A DNA stretch of 64,000 nucleotides, from NCBI GenBank assembly GCA_001662655.1, contig KV460221.1; one strand, written 5' to 3'. The position numbers and the translations under genes were made by a program. The notes under the pieces were generated by a model. It had not been told where the DNA came from and made no database searches. It saw nothing but the letters and a program-made list of their open reading frames with translations. Positions 24,194 to 37,659 of the stretch are shown here, in pieces (position 1 is the first letter of the stretch; each line of letters starts with the position of its first letter). This stretch comes from Pseudogymnoascus verrucosus. Its lineage: Eukaryota.

Positions 24194-24449
24194 ACCTTTA
24201 CAGAACGATAATTTATGATCTCAGTGTAGGTATACAGCCTATTGTAATTCCAACTTCATACACGTTTAAATAAACCATTTTTACTTGACTAATGTTGAAC
24301 TGCGCTGCTGGCGTTCGGTAGAATAGGATATGATAATTCCGGTGTCAGCACGAGTAGGGTCAAATTAATCAGAAGTGAAATGCATATTGTATTAATCTAG
24401 CTACTGTAACTACTATATATACAGTAGAGCTCTACTCCGGAGCTGATCT

Positions 24450-24515
24450 CGGAGTAGAACATCGGAGTAGAACATCGGAGCAGAACATCGGAGTAGAACT
24501 CCGGAGTAGAACACG
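24450..24515 (+). repeat. 13-bp minisatellite (CGGAGTAGAACAT) x~5
   Basis: Tandem copies read directly; inverted partial copy TCTACTCCG at 24431-24439. Confidence 0.85.
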
Positions 24516-24804
24516 GGCACGGAGTGAGAACTCCACAACTAATCGAGTGGGTACATTTTCTTGGTAGTGTTGCTTGATTAAACAAGTATTATAGAGCTTA
24601 ATAATTTACCTTAGTGAAATCGTATGAAAGTAAAGCCTTCTAGGCAATCCGAAACTGCATGAGAAACTGCAGATTATCGTCATGAACAATAACTCCCGCA
24701 ATGATCTCAGCTGGCGTTGGTTTTTATTTAGCTCTACAAGATGTCATGTGGCATATGGACCCCAGTTGAAATAATATATACCCTCTCCAACAGAACATGC
24801 TTAG

Positions 24805-26242
24805 TTAACAGCAGCCCCCTCCCTTCACTGAGACCCTTATGTCCTCATCTAGATCACGAACCTTGCTATCCTCCTCAAAGTCCTTCCACACCTGAGTAGC
24901 CACAGACTCATCAGAGAGAATCTGCCAGCCCGCAACTGCCATGCCCTTGGCAGGCTCTAGACATAACTTATGAGCGATTTCAGCTCCAGCAGCAGCAGTA
25001 AAACCCGCTGTATGGTTATATGAGCCCGGGTCTGCGGGGATACCGACGTATCCTTGGAAGGCAGGACACTCATAGGATACATTCCCTAAAATAGAAAATG
25101 AAGCTGTTAGTCTGTGAAATTATGAGGAACTTCGTTATTAACCAACCTTGGTCAGTAGATCCAGGCACCGGTGGTGAATTGACATCGCATCTCACCGGGG
25201 AGCCAATCTTATTCATAGCATCAGCATAAAGGGTCGAGATGGGCTTGTTCGGACGAACGTCGGCATAGGTATTAATGCTGGGGAATGGTCAGCGGGTGTA
25301 GAGGGGGGCAAGAGAGGCTATTACAGTTCTGTCTCGACTTTGCAGCCAGTTTGAATAGCAGCACCTTCAAAGCATGCGACTACTCGCTCCATCAAGGCAT
25401 CTGCCGATTTCAGTGAGGTGCTACGGACATAGTAGTCCAAGGAGGTGTGTGCTGTGATGATATTTGGTCGTTTACCTCCTTCAGAGATAACGCCATGTAT
25501 TCTTTGTGCGGGCAGGATTTGCTGACGCAGTGCACTAACACCATTATACCCAAGAACGACGGCATCAAGGGCGTTGACACCTTGCCAAGGCGACATGGAT
25601 GCATGTGCTGCCTTTCCAGTAAATCTGACGGTAAATTTCTTATTTGCCAGAGTCGGCATATAAGCGTCTCCAGTGTATCCAGCACACCCATCCTCTGGGC
25701 CTGGATGGATCATCATACACGCATCAACGTCGCTGTATGCCCCCGCTTCGATCAATTTCAATTTCCCACCGCCACCTTCTTCTGCAGGCGTTCCAAGAAG
25801 CCGGACCCGACCTTGGATCTTATACTTTTTCAATGTCTCTGCAAGTGCTATGAAGGCGCCGATGGACATTGTTGCTATGAGATTATGCCCGCATGCATGG
25901 CCTATATCCGGTAGAGCGTCATATTCCGCGTTGAAAGCGATAACTCGACCGCCGAAGCCAAATTCAGCCATCAAGGCGGTCTGGATGCCGTATGCATGCC
26001 TAGTAACTTTGTAGTCGAGATTCTCTAGTAGAGAGGCCACGTTGTCATGGGCTTTGAACTCTTCATATCCTAGTTCTGGATTTTCGTGGATCTGACAGAG
26101 TAGACTGTTAAATAGAGACGCCAAAGATAAAGTTAAGGCGTACCTTGCGATTTATCTCATGGAGAATCGCGTTTCTCTCTTCTATCGCCTGTTTGATAAA
26201 GTCGATGATGCTCTCGTCCTGAGTGCCGTACTTGATGTCCAT
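24805..26242 (-). CDS. M20 family amidohydrolase/peptidase (PM20D2/ACY1L2-like)
   Basis: HENPELGYEE, EYDALP, GHACGHNLIA, GTPAEEGGGGK, MIHP, GKAAHAS, GVNALDA, GSTD/GNVSYECP, NHT; several introns; ends KGGGCC*. Confidence 0.9.
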
Positions 26243-26566
26243 GTTGTTCGAAGATCTCTTGATGTTGACAGGGTATCTAAAAGAAAGTTCACGTGTTTTA
26301 TCCAAGGGGAAAAGGGAGTACAAGTGAGTGATTGATTTCAAGTATAGACTGTTGTATTTATAAGTTTAAATGTCCACAAATTTCTCGCCGCTAATCCATC
26401 GGCATCCTATGTGTAAGAGAAACCAGCAAGGAGAGTGGAACTATGTGTCCTTTTTGGGGTTAGAATTTGTAACAGCATCAACGCAGTCACAATCCGTTAT
26501 AAAATCGGCGTCGGCTTTGTTCAACTTTGTTTCGGCCATCACGTCCAAGGTATGGATTCCGGTCTA

Positions 26567-26888
26567 AATACGACGGCAATGGCTGATGGCGCCTGATAGG
26601 GAACGACGGCTATCGGTCTTATCGACGGATGACATAAATTCTCGGAGTTCGGCAACAACAGAATGCCGTCGTATTGCCCCTGAGACTGCGGGAAGATGTC
26701 AGTGAGATCAGACCCAGCCCAGTCTGAATACGACGGCGATGGCTGATGGCGCCTAGATAGGGATGCGTGAGTACGACGGCTATCGGCCTTATCGACGGAT
26801 GACGTAAACTCTTGGAGTTCGGCGCTAACGGAATGCCGTCGTATTGCCTCTTGAGACTGCGGGGAAAATGTCAGTGAGATCAGACCCA
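26567..26888 (+). repeat. Tandem duplication (~155-160 bp x2) in the divergent amidohydrolase/transporter promoter
   Basis: Copies at ~26567-26720 and ~26727-26888, both beginning AATACGACGGC and ending GTCAGTGAGATCAGACCCA. Confidence 0.85.
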
Positions 26889-27224
26889 CCCCGACCTGGA
26901 CTTACTCCGTATGGAAGGAAGCGTGGGAATTAGCCCCTGCCGTGGAAAGCCGTCGAATCGGATGCCGTCGTATAATGGTAAGCTTTGAACGAGGAGAAGC
27001 TAAACATCATTCTACCAGGAGCGACCACTTCGAAAACAAAGGAGAATGGTCTCGTGAAGTAGCGTAGAGATAACGATGCACCATCGAGAGGTCACTTGCA
27101 GCTTCGGCGTCGTAGTTACATATATCACGCCTCTTCTTCCCTCAGAGCAACCTGATTCATAGCATCCCCTAGACAGGTCGTCATCAACCATACTCCATCT
27201 TTCCACCCGACCTCTAGTTTCCTC

Positions 27225-29172
27225 ATGGCTAATATGGTCCGCTCTGTGTCCAGCACCAAAGATGCAGAAATGACTCTTCACATTGAAACCGATAAGGGTG
27301 ATGTTTCTCTTCGGATCCTCGAAGGCCAAACAATACCTCTGACAGAGGGTTTAACACCGGAGGAGGATCGTCGCATCCTTCGCAGGATTGACATATGGTG
27401 TGTCCCCCCTTTGAAAAAATGCTCTAGATTCATTAGTTAATTCGCTACAGCATTCTTCCTGCACTATTCGTTACCTTTCTCCTGCAATTCGTCGATAAGT
27501 CAGCCATGGGATACACTGCTGTCCTCGGCCTGCGGACCGACCTACACCTAGTTGGCCAAGACTACTCCTGGGCCTCCAGTTTATTCTACTTTGGCTATCT
27601 TACGGCCTCTGGCTTGGTAGCGATCTTGCTTGTTCGTCTACCTGTTGGTCACTTTATGACCATTGCAATGTACGTATCGTTAGGGTCACTATCCCCAAAC
27701 TTTCATCCTATCTTCCACCCACCGACCTGGTATAATGCATCAGTTGCTTCGAAGCCAACGTTAATCTGAGATAATGGCACTTAGTGCGATTTGGGCGGCA
27801 ATTCTTATGCTTACGTCACTGTGCACCAACGCGTCTGGACTCTGGGCTGGCCGTTTCTGCCTTGGATTTGTTGAAGCAGCCATCGCTCCTGGTATGACCA
27901 TGATTATCTCAATGTGGTACAAGCGTTCTGAGCAGGCTCTACGACAAAGTGTATGGTTTATGGGTAACGTTACAGGAGGACTTTGCGGTGGACTCCTTGG
28001 ATATGGCATTGGACACATCAATAGTATCGCACCCTGGAAGGTCAGCAGAGCCCCACAAGGCTGTAGATCAGTATGCTTGACACTGCTGACACATTATCTC
28101 ATAGGCTCTTTTCTTAATCTTTGGTGGCTTAACATTGTTTTGGTCCATCTTCTGTTGGTTTCTCATTCCGAATAGTCCTGTGGGCGCCTGGTTCCTCGAG
28201 GAACAAGATCAGTATAAAGCGATCGAACGAGTCAAGGACAACTTGACTGGCATAAAAAACAATCATGTTAAGTTTGACCAAGTGCTTGAAGCATTTAAGG
28301 ATCCCAAGGTCTGGCTGCTCGCCGCCATCCAGTTGACTCAGAACGTTCCCAACGGAGCACTGGGGTCGGTAAGTTACCTGCATCTCTTACTGTCTGTGCG
28401 ATGTAGCTACCTTGAAATATTTTGCTGCGGATTTCAATGATTCTAAACGGTTTGAATAATGACACGGGTGCTTTTGTCTAGTTCTCGTCTATCGTGATTA
28501 ACGGATTCGGGTTTTCGACTCTTGATACTCTGCTGCTTCAAATGATTGGTTTTGGGTTTCAGGGATTATTCTGCATCATCTCAGCAATTGGGTGCACATA
28601 CCTTCCCAATACCCGTACCTATTTCATGGCATTTAATACCGTCATGTCTCTCATCGGTACCATCATGATTCGCCAGATCGATCACAATCATATTTGGGGT
28701 CGATTTATGGGTTATTGTCTAACAATTGTCTTCTCGGCCAATTTTCCATTAATCTTAGCCACGATTACCTCGAATATTGCCGGTTTCTCAAAGAAAGTCA
28801 CTGCTACTGCTATTGTAAGCTATAGAGGTCACCCATTTCCCATGGAATATACTAGGATATTAACAAATCGATTTAATATAGGTGTTTATTGCATACTGCA
28901 CCGGGAACATCATCGGCCCTCAAATCATGTTCTCTCGAGAAGCACCAAGCTATCCTTCTGGATTTGCGGGGATTTTGGTCTGCTTTTCATGTTCCATCAT
29001 TCTCATTTTCGTGTTTCGCTTCTACCTCATGTGGGAAAACAAGAAGCGCGATGCCGCCGTGAGCGAGCCGTCCCAAAGCATTCAGATTGATGGGGAACGC
29101 ATATCCACCAGCGCCCTCAATCTGCTCGACAAGACAGACCGCGACCTTCCTCAGTTTCGCTACGTATATTAA
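27225..29172 (+). CDS. MFS transporter, allantoate permease (Dal5-like) family
   Basis: EEDRRILRRID, LQFVDKSAMGY, YSWASSLFYFGYL, RFCLGFVEA, MWYKRSEQALR, EAFKDPK, NIAGFSKK, YCTGNIIGPQ, DKTD..FRYVY*; multi-exon. Confidence 0.9.
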
Positions 29173-29448
29173 AGGTTCTAGGACTTTATTTTTCTTCTTT
29201 CTTGCGTTGGGGAATGGTTAGGCCATGTGGCCTGACTTCGGTGGCTCACATGTGTTGCAATATTACCCGAGCGTCGGGGATGACCACCAAAATCCCAACA
29301 TTTATGATCAGAATACACGCCTCAAAATGATTTTATGAACTTGGTCAAAGTAATGATGCCTTAATTCATCTCGTTATCTTTTTAATTTCAGATTTGATAA
29401 AACAAAAGTATCTACATGACATTGTAAAAAGCTACCGTAACCATTTCA

Positions 29449-30845
29449 TTAAGTTAATTCAAGCACTACCCAGCCCTGCAACTTCGCAGCCGTCATTTCA
29501 TCAAAGATCTACATAACTATTAGTACGGCTTACATTCTAATGTTACTGCTGCAATGTCTACAAAGAAAATAAGCTAAAACATACCTCTGTCAAATCCTCC
29601 ATCTTCTTGATTATATAATAGCATTTTACCAAACCACACGCTGCAAGTTCAAGAGCTTCTAATGCCTCGAGTCTAGTTCCAACCGCAGAACCTATACAAA
29701 TTACAAGTAAGCACATGGTCTTTCGGAAAAGCACGGGGCCTTTGTACCTATGATCCTAAATTGTTGTACTGTGATCTTCGCTGGATGCGCAGACTGAATC
29801 GGTATGGGCGTTCCCTCTAGCATCCTAATGCAGACCAGCGTGCCTTAAGGCTTCAAGAACTTCAAGCCTTGCTCATAACTCTTGTTCGCTGCACTAACAA
29901 CTAGTACCGCATTCGCTCTGCGGCCATTATTTGCAATCTTCTTGATCGTAGCCTCAAGCTCTTCGTTAGTGTGCTGCATGAAATTAAGAAATTCTTCTAC
30001 GCCGCACTCCTTGCACAAGGCTTCTTTGCTGCTTCCGTTAATGGCAATAACGCGGAAACCCATGGCACGGGACGCATATTGCACTGCCAGATGACCAAGT
30101 CCTCCGCCGGCACTACTAATGACAACCTAGTCACTAGGCTTAGCGCCGGATTTCTTTAGCCTGGAATAAACTGTGAGGCCTGCGCAGAGAATGGGAGCTG
30201 CTGTAGCAGAGTCTATTCCATCTAGGATAGGAGTTGCGTAGGTTGCTGAGGTGGTGACGTACTGTTAGAAGGTACCAGGGGTGTAGTAGCCTGAGATCTT
30301 TTGCTTTTCGCATGTATTGTCGTCGTTCTCGAGACATGACGCTGTGAGCAAGTAACGTCAGCATATATAATCAGTTTCTATGGAGTACCAGCTAATAGTG
30401 CTTTGAGGAAAAACTTACGACATATGTTGCATACGTCTGCAAGCCATTTTATGCCCACTCTAGATCCAATCGCTAGCATAGTGACGCCTAGACTATGACT
30501 AAGTACTGTTCCGACGCCTTCATGACTACTAATTTGGCCTTATCATTAATCAGCAATGCTGCGTTATTTGGGTTTGCAAACCAATAGACCTGCTTTTGTT
30601 AGAAACGGTAGAACAGCCTAGGATTAGAGGCAAACACCAAGATCAGAATGGCAGACTCTAGAATGAGTACTATGAGAAGTTAGCCATTGCTAATTCGAAA
30701 TTACCACATCTTTAGACACTTACAGCTTTACTAGTATTTGCCCATTAATGGGTACTAGGATACTTAGTTGTTCAATCTTCGTCTTTGTTGAGCCAGGCTC
30801 TGCGTACACGACGGCCTTATTCACTTTATCATCCTAAACAGCCAT
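29449..30845 (-). pseudogene. Zinc-type alcohol dehydrogenase, RIP-inactivated
   Basis: KAVVYAEPG, VCHSDL, SHEGVG, APILCAGLTVY, GGGLGHLAVQYA, GSAVGT; many TAG/TAA stops. Confidence 0.85.
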
Positions 30846-31804
30846 GCCTTCTAATTGTTCTACAAATTAGTTTTCTAATTGTCTAGTAATCGTTCAGTAG
30901 CTTTATATTACTCGTTGTATTTGCTGCAGATTGCATAAAGATGTAAGAGGAATCATTACAGACAAACGGGTGGATATATCTAACCGCTGGATTATAGGCA
31001 TGTTGTTCCTGTCCCTAGGTTGTTTCCTGAAGTGAATTTGTTAATTATAGACTGTCTCCAAGTGATCGTTCTTTTTCAAGCCTAGTGTACGGAAACGGAA
31101 CGCTTCCGTTTCCGATCTTAGCCTTGGCGTTAGAAGTCTGGGGTCCCCGCCATCGCCTTTTCCGCACCAGCGTCTCATTCTAACTCGAATGCGAGTAAGG
31201 ATCACAGAATCCGGTACCTCATCCTAGCAGCGAGATATTTCTGGGATATTTGTAAAACCTACAGCAGAAGAAATTACAGAGGTATAGGGCATAGGTTTTG
31301 TTAGGACAGGCGGAGCGCAGCTGGCAAAAACAAATCAGAAGTGAGCTAGGTACGCTGAGTCGTGTATTTCTAGACGATGCTTTAGTGAGACGTACATCAT
31401 ATTCCTTAAGCAGATACCTTGATCTTATAGACTAACACTTATTATTGAAAAGAATGGTGATTAAGTTCTAACTGATGTAGAAGGCAGTCTGTGCACGTAA
31501 TAGCGGCAGATTAATGGCAGCCTGAGCTTTGTTATCTGTCTAGAGCCTACAGTTAGCTAGCTAAGAGTCAATTAGCAATCGTATGGCATATGGGTAATTC
31601 ACTCACACCTCAGAACTAAGTCTTATAAATACACATGCTCTTTTTAACACTTACGCCCTATACATCTGTAAAATCGCGACTATGTGTGACATACCGCTTT
31701 ATCCTGCCTTACATGTAAGAACTCAAAATCAAAGGTTTCATCTTACATCGTCAAGACTGTTATATACGCATCGCGGTGTTAATATTGTCACTGTCTAGGG
31801 TACT

Positions 31805-33281
31805 AATTAATCTTTAACGGATCTGAGGGATTCTTAAACTCTAGTCTAGAGAACGCACCAAACTTAGCATTCCAAAGGTCCATAAAGTAGTTGCTCCTCC
31901 GTTTCCATAGTCCTACATCTCCCCCCTTTAGCAATTCTTTTAATCCCTCTCGAATATATGTGCTCTTCAAATTCATTATGCTTTCAGAGTGAATCTCACT
32001 CTCATCCTACACTCTCGGTGTTACACTTGCTATACCTTTAGACTTTATGTATCGCATGATTCTACACACCAGCTAAGCCGTTGCATCAGATCCTAGTGTC
32101 TAGGAAGCGTTAGAGTAGCCCATGACGAATGCTGCGTTTAGGAGATCTTAGACTAAACTCCCTTTCCATATATACTTGTCTGAAAATTTGACGGGAATTC
32201 CATTAATAGAGACCATTAATCCGCCTGCGAAAGTCATTTTTAGGCTGGTAGCAGTGATGATAATATCAGCATCTAAAGTATTTCCGCTAGTCGTGATAAT
32301 GCCAGTCTCCGTAACGGTCCTGATGGTATTAGTAACAATATCTCCCTTTCCTTTCCTTAGAGCCTCATAAAAATCACCATTAGGACAGATACAGAGACGC
32401 TGTTCCCATAGATTATATAAGGGTTTAAAATTCAGGTCTTGTGGAATAGAGCTCGGAAGTTCTTTCTTAGTGGCGTATTTAATTAGCGCCGTCGCCATTA
32501 AAGGGAAGGCGCGATAGAAATGAAACATAAGGAATAGTTCTAAGAGATTTTTTATACGAACAGTGCGGTTGGCTATGAATGCTAGGAAGAAGCTGCGAAG
32601 AAACCATTCCCAAGAATCGACAGATGGCCTTGTTATGACGTAGCTTAGACTTTGTTGCAAAATTGTGACTTTGAGCGCTTTATCTACGAGGTTTAGGAGA
32701 AGGGTCACTACTGTGGCCCCGCTACCGATGATAACAATCCTTTTGCTAGACTAATCGAGGTCTTCCGGCTAGAACTAAGGGTGAATCTTTATGCCTTTAA
32801 AGTTATTAATTCTAGGAATGTTTGCTTCTAATGGCACCTCATAATCGTAATATCCAGCCCCAAAGATCAGGAATCGCCCTCTTAAATGTCGTCTCTCACC
32901 ATCAGCATCCACTGCTAAAGACCACAACTAGTTCGTTAACGGCTAGTTAGCTCTAACAAGCTTGTGGTGAAATTGGATGTGCTTGTTAATGTTATATTCA
33001 GCGGCCGATTCAACCATATATTTCCTAATTAATGCGCCGTCGGCAATGGACTTCTTCTCTAACTAAGGTCGCTATAGGAAGGCAAAGGTGTAAAGATCGG
33101 AATCAGAGCGAATGCCTAGATATCAAAATAAATCCCAAGTGCTGCCTATAGACCCTCGGGATTCAAGAATGGTGTATGTACATCCTAGTAGCGCCGTTTA
33201 GACTCGCTTGGCAGCGTTAATTCTAGAGATACCTACGCTAATTATCACAACGTCGAAGTCTGTAGGGTTTGAATTCGCCAT
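31805..33281 (-). pseudogene. Flavin-binding (EthA/Baeyer-Villiger-type) monooxygenase, RIP-inactivated
   Basis: FDVVII, TWDLF..GIRSDSDLYTF, GYYDYE, FKGIKIHP*F*PEDLD, IVIIGSGAT, EQRLCICPNGDF, MGYSNAS*TL. Confidence 0.85.
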
Positions 33282-33790
33282 TTTCAGAAGTCGCAGAGAA
33301 CCTAGAGAGCAATAGAACGAATATTCCTAAGTGAATTAAAGGCCAATATATAATAACCTAGATTGTCTTTCAAATAGAGGTCTTTCTCATTGAATGCCTC
33401 ATCGTCGGCGTCGGAAATTCCAGGAAGGGGTGGAAATTCCGGAAAGGGCGGAAATTTGCCGCAGACCTACGAATCATGCTCGTGAGGTTGTAAGCTCCGA
33501 GTTTGGACAACGACGAAAAGCCGCCCTGATCTATCCCGCATCCCATCATTTCCCCACAAACTTCCCCACAAATAGAGGCGACGCGTGATTTGTAAGGCGG
33601 TGCAACGACGACATTCCTGCGCTCTTTGCATCTTTCTCTGCCATAGTAACTAAGGCCAGAAAAAGCTAACAGGCGTTTCAAAACTGTCCTTTGAGGTGAA
33701 AGTGACTGCAGAGATGAACAGGAGCGGATGCACGCCCTCGCCACGAGCGAGGCGGCCGCCGTCGAAGCGCTAGCGCTACACCCGTAATGC

Positions 33791-35970
33791 ATGGTATAAA
33801 TCGTTCACTTTTACCTCCCCTAAGATCCTGCTAATCATCATGATAGCAATGAATGCAAGCGACGCAAGGTTAAATGCAGCGGCGAGTCTAGCTGTCAGCA
33901 ATGTTTAAGGCAAGGTTACTAGTGTACTTACAGTTATCTCTCCTCCTTAGAAGAACTAAACACACCATATTCATTCAGGTAAGTGGCTAATGCGATATAT
34001 AAAGGGACTGAGACTAATCATAATCCCAGAAGCCTAGAAAGTAGAGTTTTGCAATTACAAGCGTCTCTAGACGAGGCCTTGAAACATGTGAAAGTATTCG
34101 GTCATCCAGTAGCCTCTGATGCAGGGCTGTAAGATCTGATCCGGCAAATTGCGCAGCAGATTAAAACGTGCAAAACCGGGTTACAATTTCATCCACAAAT
34201 CAAGGCAACAAGACTAGGTAGTCCGGCAGAAGCAGTTTCTAGAAGTAATGGGGTTAGGACAGCACAGCTCAAGCTCACTTCTTCATGCGACATCGCATCT
34301 CCCTAAGAGTCAGAGCCTATAACCAACGATATCCACTAAACAACTCGATCATAGGCTTAAATTGCGCCTCTACCGCTTTTAAAGATCCAAACATTTAAAT
34401 TGCTAGACTACTTCTAGGATGAGGTGGAAAGCATTTATTCCTTTATTCAATTAGATTGCTTAATAAGTCTTGCTGATGTTCTCCTTGATTCCTCAACCAC
34501 AACGTTAGATTCTAGCATGAATATGCAGACTAAAGAATGGGGGGATACATTTAATGGCTGGAACTTAGACCTTCTAATGTTACTACTTACTTGCGCACTA
34601 ACTTCAAAACTGAACAGAGAATGTGAGGTGAGCTATGAGATGATAAATATCGTCTGCGGAAAGCTCTCTATCAAGATGAGGGGCTCGGAGTTTGACCTGA
34701 AGGATATTACAGTTACAACCTTGTTAGTAAGTTTTTTTAGATATTCACTTGAAGCATAGAAGATTTGGCTCACTTTTAGAAGAGCATTTACCATCACTAA
34801 TGTGGTGACACCACTCTTGCGTGGCGAACGATTAGTACTGCGGCAAAAATGTATATAGAACTTAGACTGCATAAGTCCACAAGCACAACGGTTTCATAGG
34901 CTCCAAAGTTGTTTTAGTGCATATATATATTAGATCAGCGTTACAGCTTTATGATAAATTTACCTTTCACGCTTCATGATTCAGATATAGATTGTAAACT
35001 ACTAATGCCTATAAGTTATTGTTTCTGTTTTGATTTTAACAGAGCTGACGGTTTGCAAGGATTAGTCTAACCCGTATCTTTCACCCTTAATCAAGCATAT
35101 TCGTCTTGCAACGAGAATTATAACAGGTCTTCTGAAATTTAGGAGCAACTCTAGCTTTATAGATTAATCAGCTTGCAAATCTCTAGACATCAAGATTAAT
35201 CAATGGGCTCTAGATACCTCAACAGAGTTCTTGAGATAGGAGACACGACCTCTAGGGCCCTCTAGGACGTCTCAAAAGATTCGACTTCAGGAGGTATTCA
35301 TTACTATGTGTTGTAACCAGTTGAAGATTACACTCTACAAATGTAATCTCTTCTCTCCTGAGAATATAGCTCGAAACCCAAACTTTGCCTACAGTGCGGT
35401 GTTTTACGCCATTAATACTTTACAAGTTTTCAGCCGTCTTAAAAGAACAACGTTGATATACGAGTTTTAAGCAGCACACTACAATTTCTTTGTACTTTCA
35501 GCTCTGGCAGTTGTGTATCTAGCGGTCAGACACGTACTACTACAGTTCAGCAGCGCATCTCAGATGTTCTTCACGGGTATCTAGATTCTTAAGGCTCAAT
35601 CCACATCAGAACGACTTTGTAAGAGGATCTGGGCTCTTAACAATGTAATGACAAAACTAGGGTTCGAGTTTTTAGATATTAATCCTAATTGCCACTCTCA
35701 GCCAACAGACACTTATAAGTCAAATACAATAGAGCCATAGGATAGGTCATAAGAAAGAGACAGCAGAGGCTTAGATCCTAGCTCTTAGATTCCAGAATAT
35801 AGACTACTTTCATCGTTTTTACCGCACAGCCTGCACACGATACAACTAATTGAGCACTAAGTTGAAAACTCATACATTACACAAGAATCGCGGAATCCCT
35901 ACGACGGCCAAATTTAGCTGTATTCAAATCCTCAGAACATCCTGAACACTATTCCTCATTCCTTCCTGTA
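33791..35970 (+). pseudogene. Zn2Cys6 transcription factor, RIP-inactivated
   Basis: NECKRRKVKCSGESSCQQCLRQGY*C at ~33848-33925; downstream fungal TF-like region with many stops; ends approximate. Confidence 0.75.
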
Positions 35971-35999
35971 GCCACAAGGGCACTCCTCGTAAGAGTGTG

Positions 36000-37114
36000 A
36001 ATAGAGTATAGCGACCGGTTAAGATGAGCTAGGCTCCGTATCCCAACAATACTTGCTTCACAATAGCCTCTGCTACCGTCTCTAGTTTAAGGACAAACTC
36101 ATTAAAGCTTGATTTTTACATTAATGTCGAAATTAGCAGAGTTTGAACCTAGGTGGGATAGACGATTCTATACGTGTAATATATTAGCGTTCTAAGGTAG
36201 AAAGCGCAGATTACATCTCAGACTAAGGGTTGATGATTAGTGAGACTTACGTTGTGTGGACTTTTTTAGCATTATATCTGCTTTTCAGCTCTTAACTTAA
36301 TACTTCATGGAACGCAAGAGCGCTCGCTTTTAAGCAAGCGTAATTAACGTTTTGCGTGTGAACCATAAAACTAGCCATGCTAGCAACAGTGACAATATGC
36401 CCATGATTTCTCTTAATCATTACAGGGATTAGCTCTTTAACGAGAAGGAAATGAGCGATAGTGTTAACCTCGAAAACCAGGCGCATTTCAGCTTCCGTTT
36501 CATTAAGAATTGTTTTGTTGATTCTAACTCCCGCGTTGTTGATCAAAACTATAGGGTCTCCGTGATCTTTGCGAATTTTCTCGGCTACGTCGCGAATCTT
36601 TTCCGACGAAGTAATATCAACTTGATAAAAATATACATTTAATACTACAAAATAAGGATTAGCTGTTATCACGCCAAGAAGATAAAGGGCTTAAACGTTT
36701 TGTTGTTAATGTTAGAGCTAAAACATCCAAGATGATAACTTTAATATTATTCTCTGCAAACATTCGCACGATGAGGCCGCCAATGCCCCTACTACCTCCT
36801 GTTACCACTACAATCTCTTTTGTCTAATCCTATGTTTTATCTTTTGTGAAATTATTAAGCACCAGCTGAGAAAGTCTGTTGTTTACCTTTCGCAGCAAGC
36901 TAATTCCAAAAAAAATGCCTAGGCCCTTAAGTAGATAGGTTGAGCAGACGACTTTGTGAACATTTAGCAGCAGTAACTTTGTTACGAATGACGGAAAACG
37001 ATGAAGGCCGAGTAAAAGAGGTCTGATGAATAGCAGCTAAAGCAGGGTAAGTCTTATCGGAGCAAATAGTGCCTCGACAGTGAGACCTTCGTATAGCAGA
37101 AGAGATTTAGGCAT
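36000..37114 (-). pseudogene. Short-chain dehydrogenase/reductase, RIP-inactivated
   Basis: VVVTGG.RGIG, VIILD, YQVDITS, VLINNAGV, FEVNTIAHF, GHIVTVASMAS, YACLK (YxxxK). Confidence 0.85.
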
Positions 37115-37659
37115 TCTTACGACTTGTATGCACGAAATTTAACCGAATGTTAAGAAGTCCCGTTACAAACAGTTTATGTATGCTAGGAAACTCAGGGATT
37201 TCACGTCGCAATTCCATAAGTCAGAGGAAGATCCACAATCTAATAACTACCCCATAATCCGTAGAATGAAGTGAAGCTTCCCTAAAAGGTAAAGTTCAGC
37301 AGGGCATTTGTTCCGATGTTCTAATGTTCTGAGCGTCTAGGTAGTGGTCCGCCACCTTAATGTGCGCAATTTGAGTGTTCCATTATTCCGTAATCACTGC
37401 TAGCATTTTGATAGTTCCGCCATTCTTCGATCCCTGCTAAGCTGCGCTCTTCAAAGCGTCAACCTAAGTTCAACGGATGCCATTCATTCCCAAAAGCTCA
37501 AGTTTCTGTGAAGGTACTCTAACTGTTTTATGAGAAATGTGATAGTGGTTTTCACATTTGCCTCGTTATTTACTCTCCACGCCCACATCCATCATGCACA
37601 TTGCCATAACACTAAGTGTATAATGAATTCATTGTTGAATATTGTCTACAATCTAGCAT

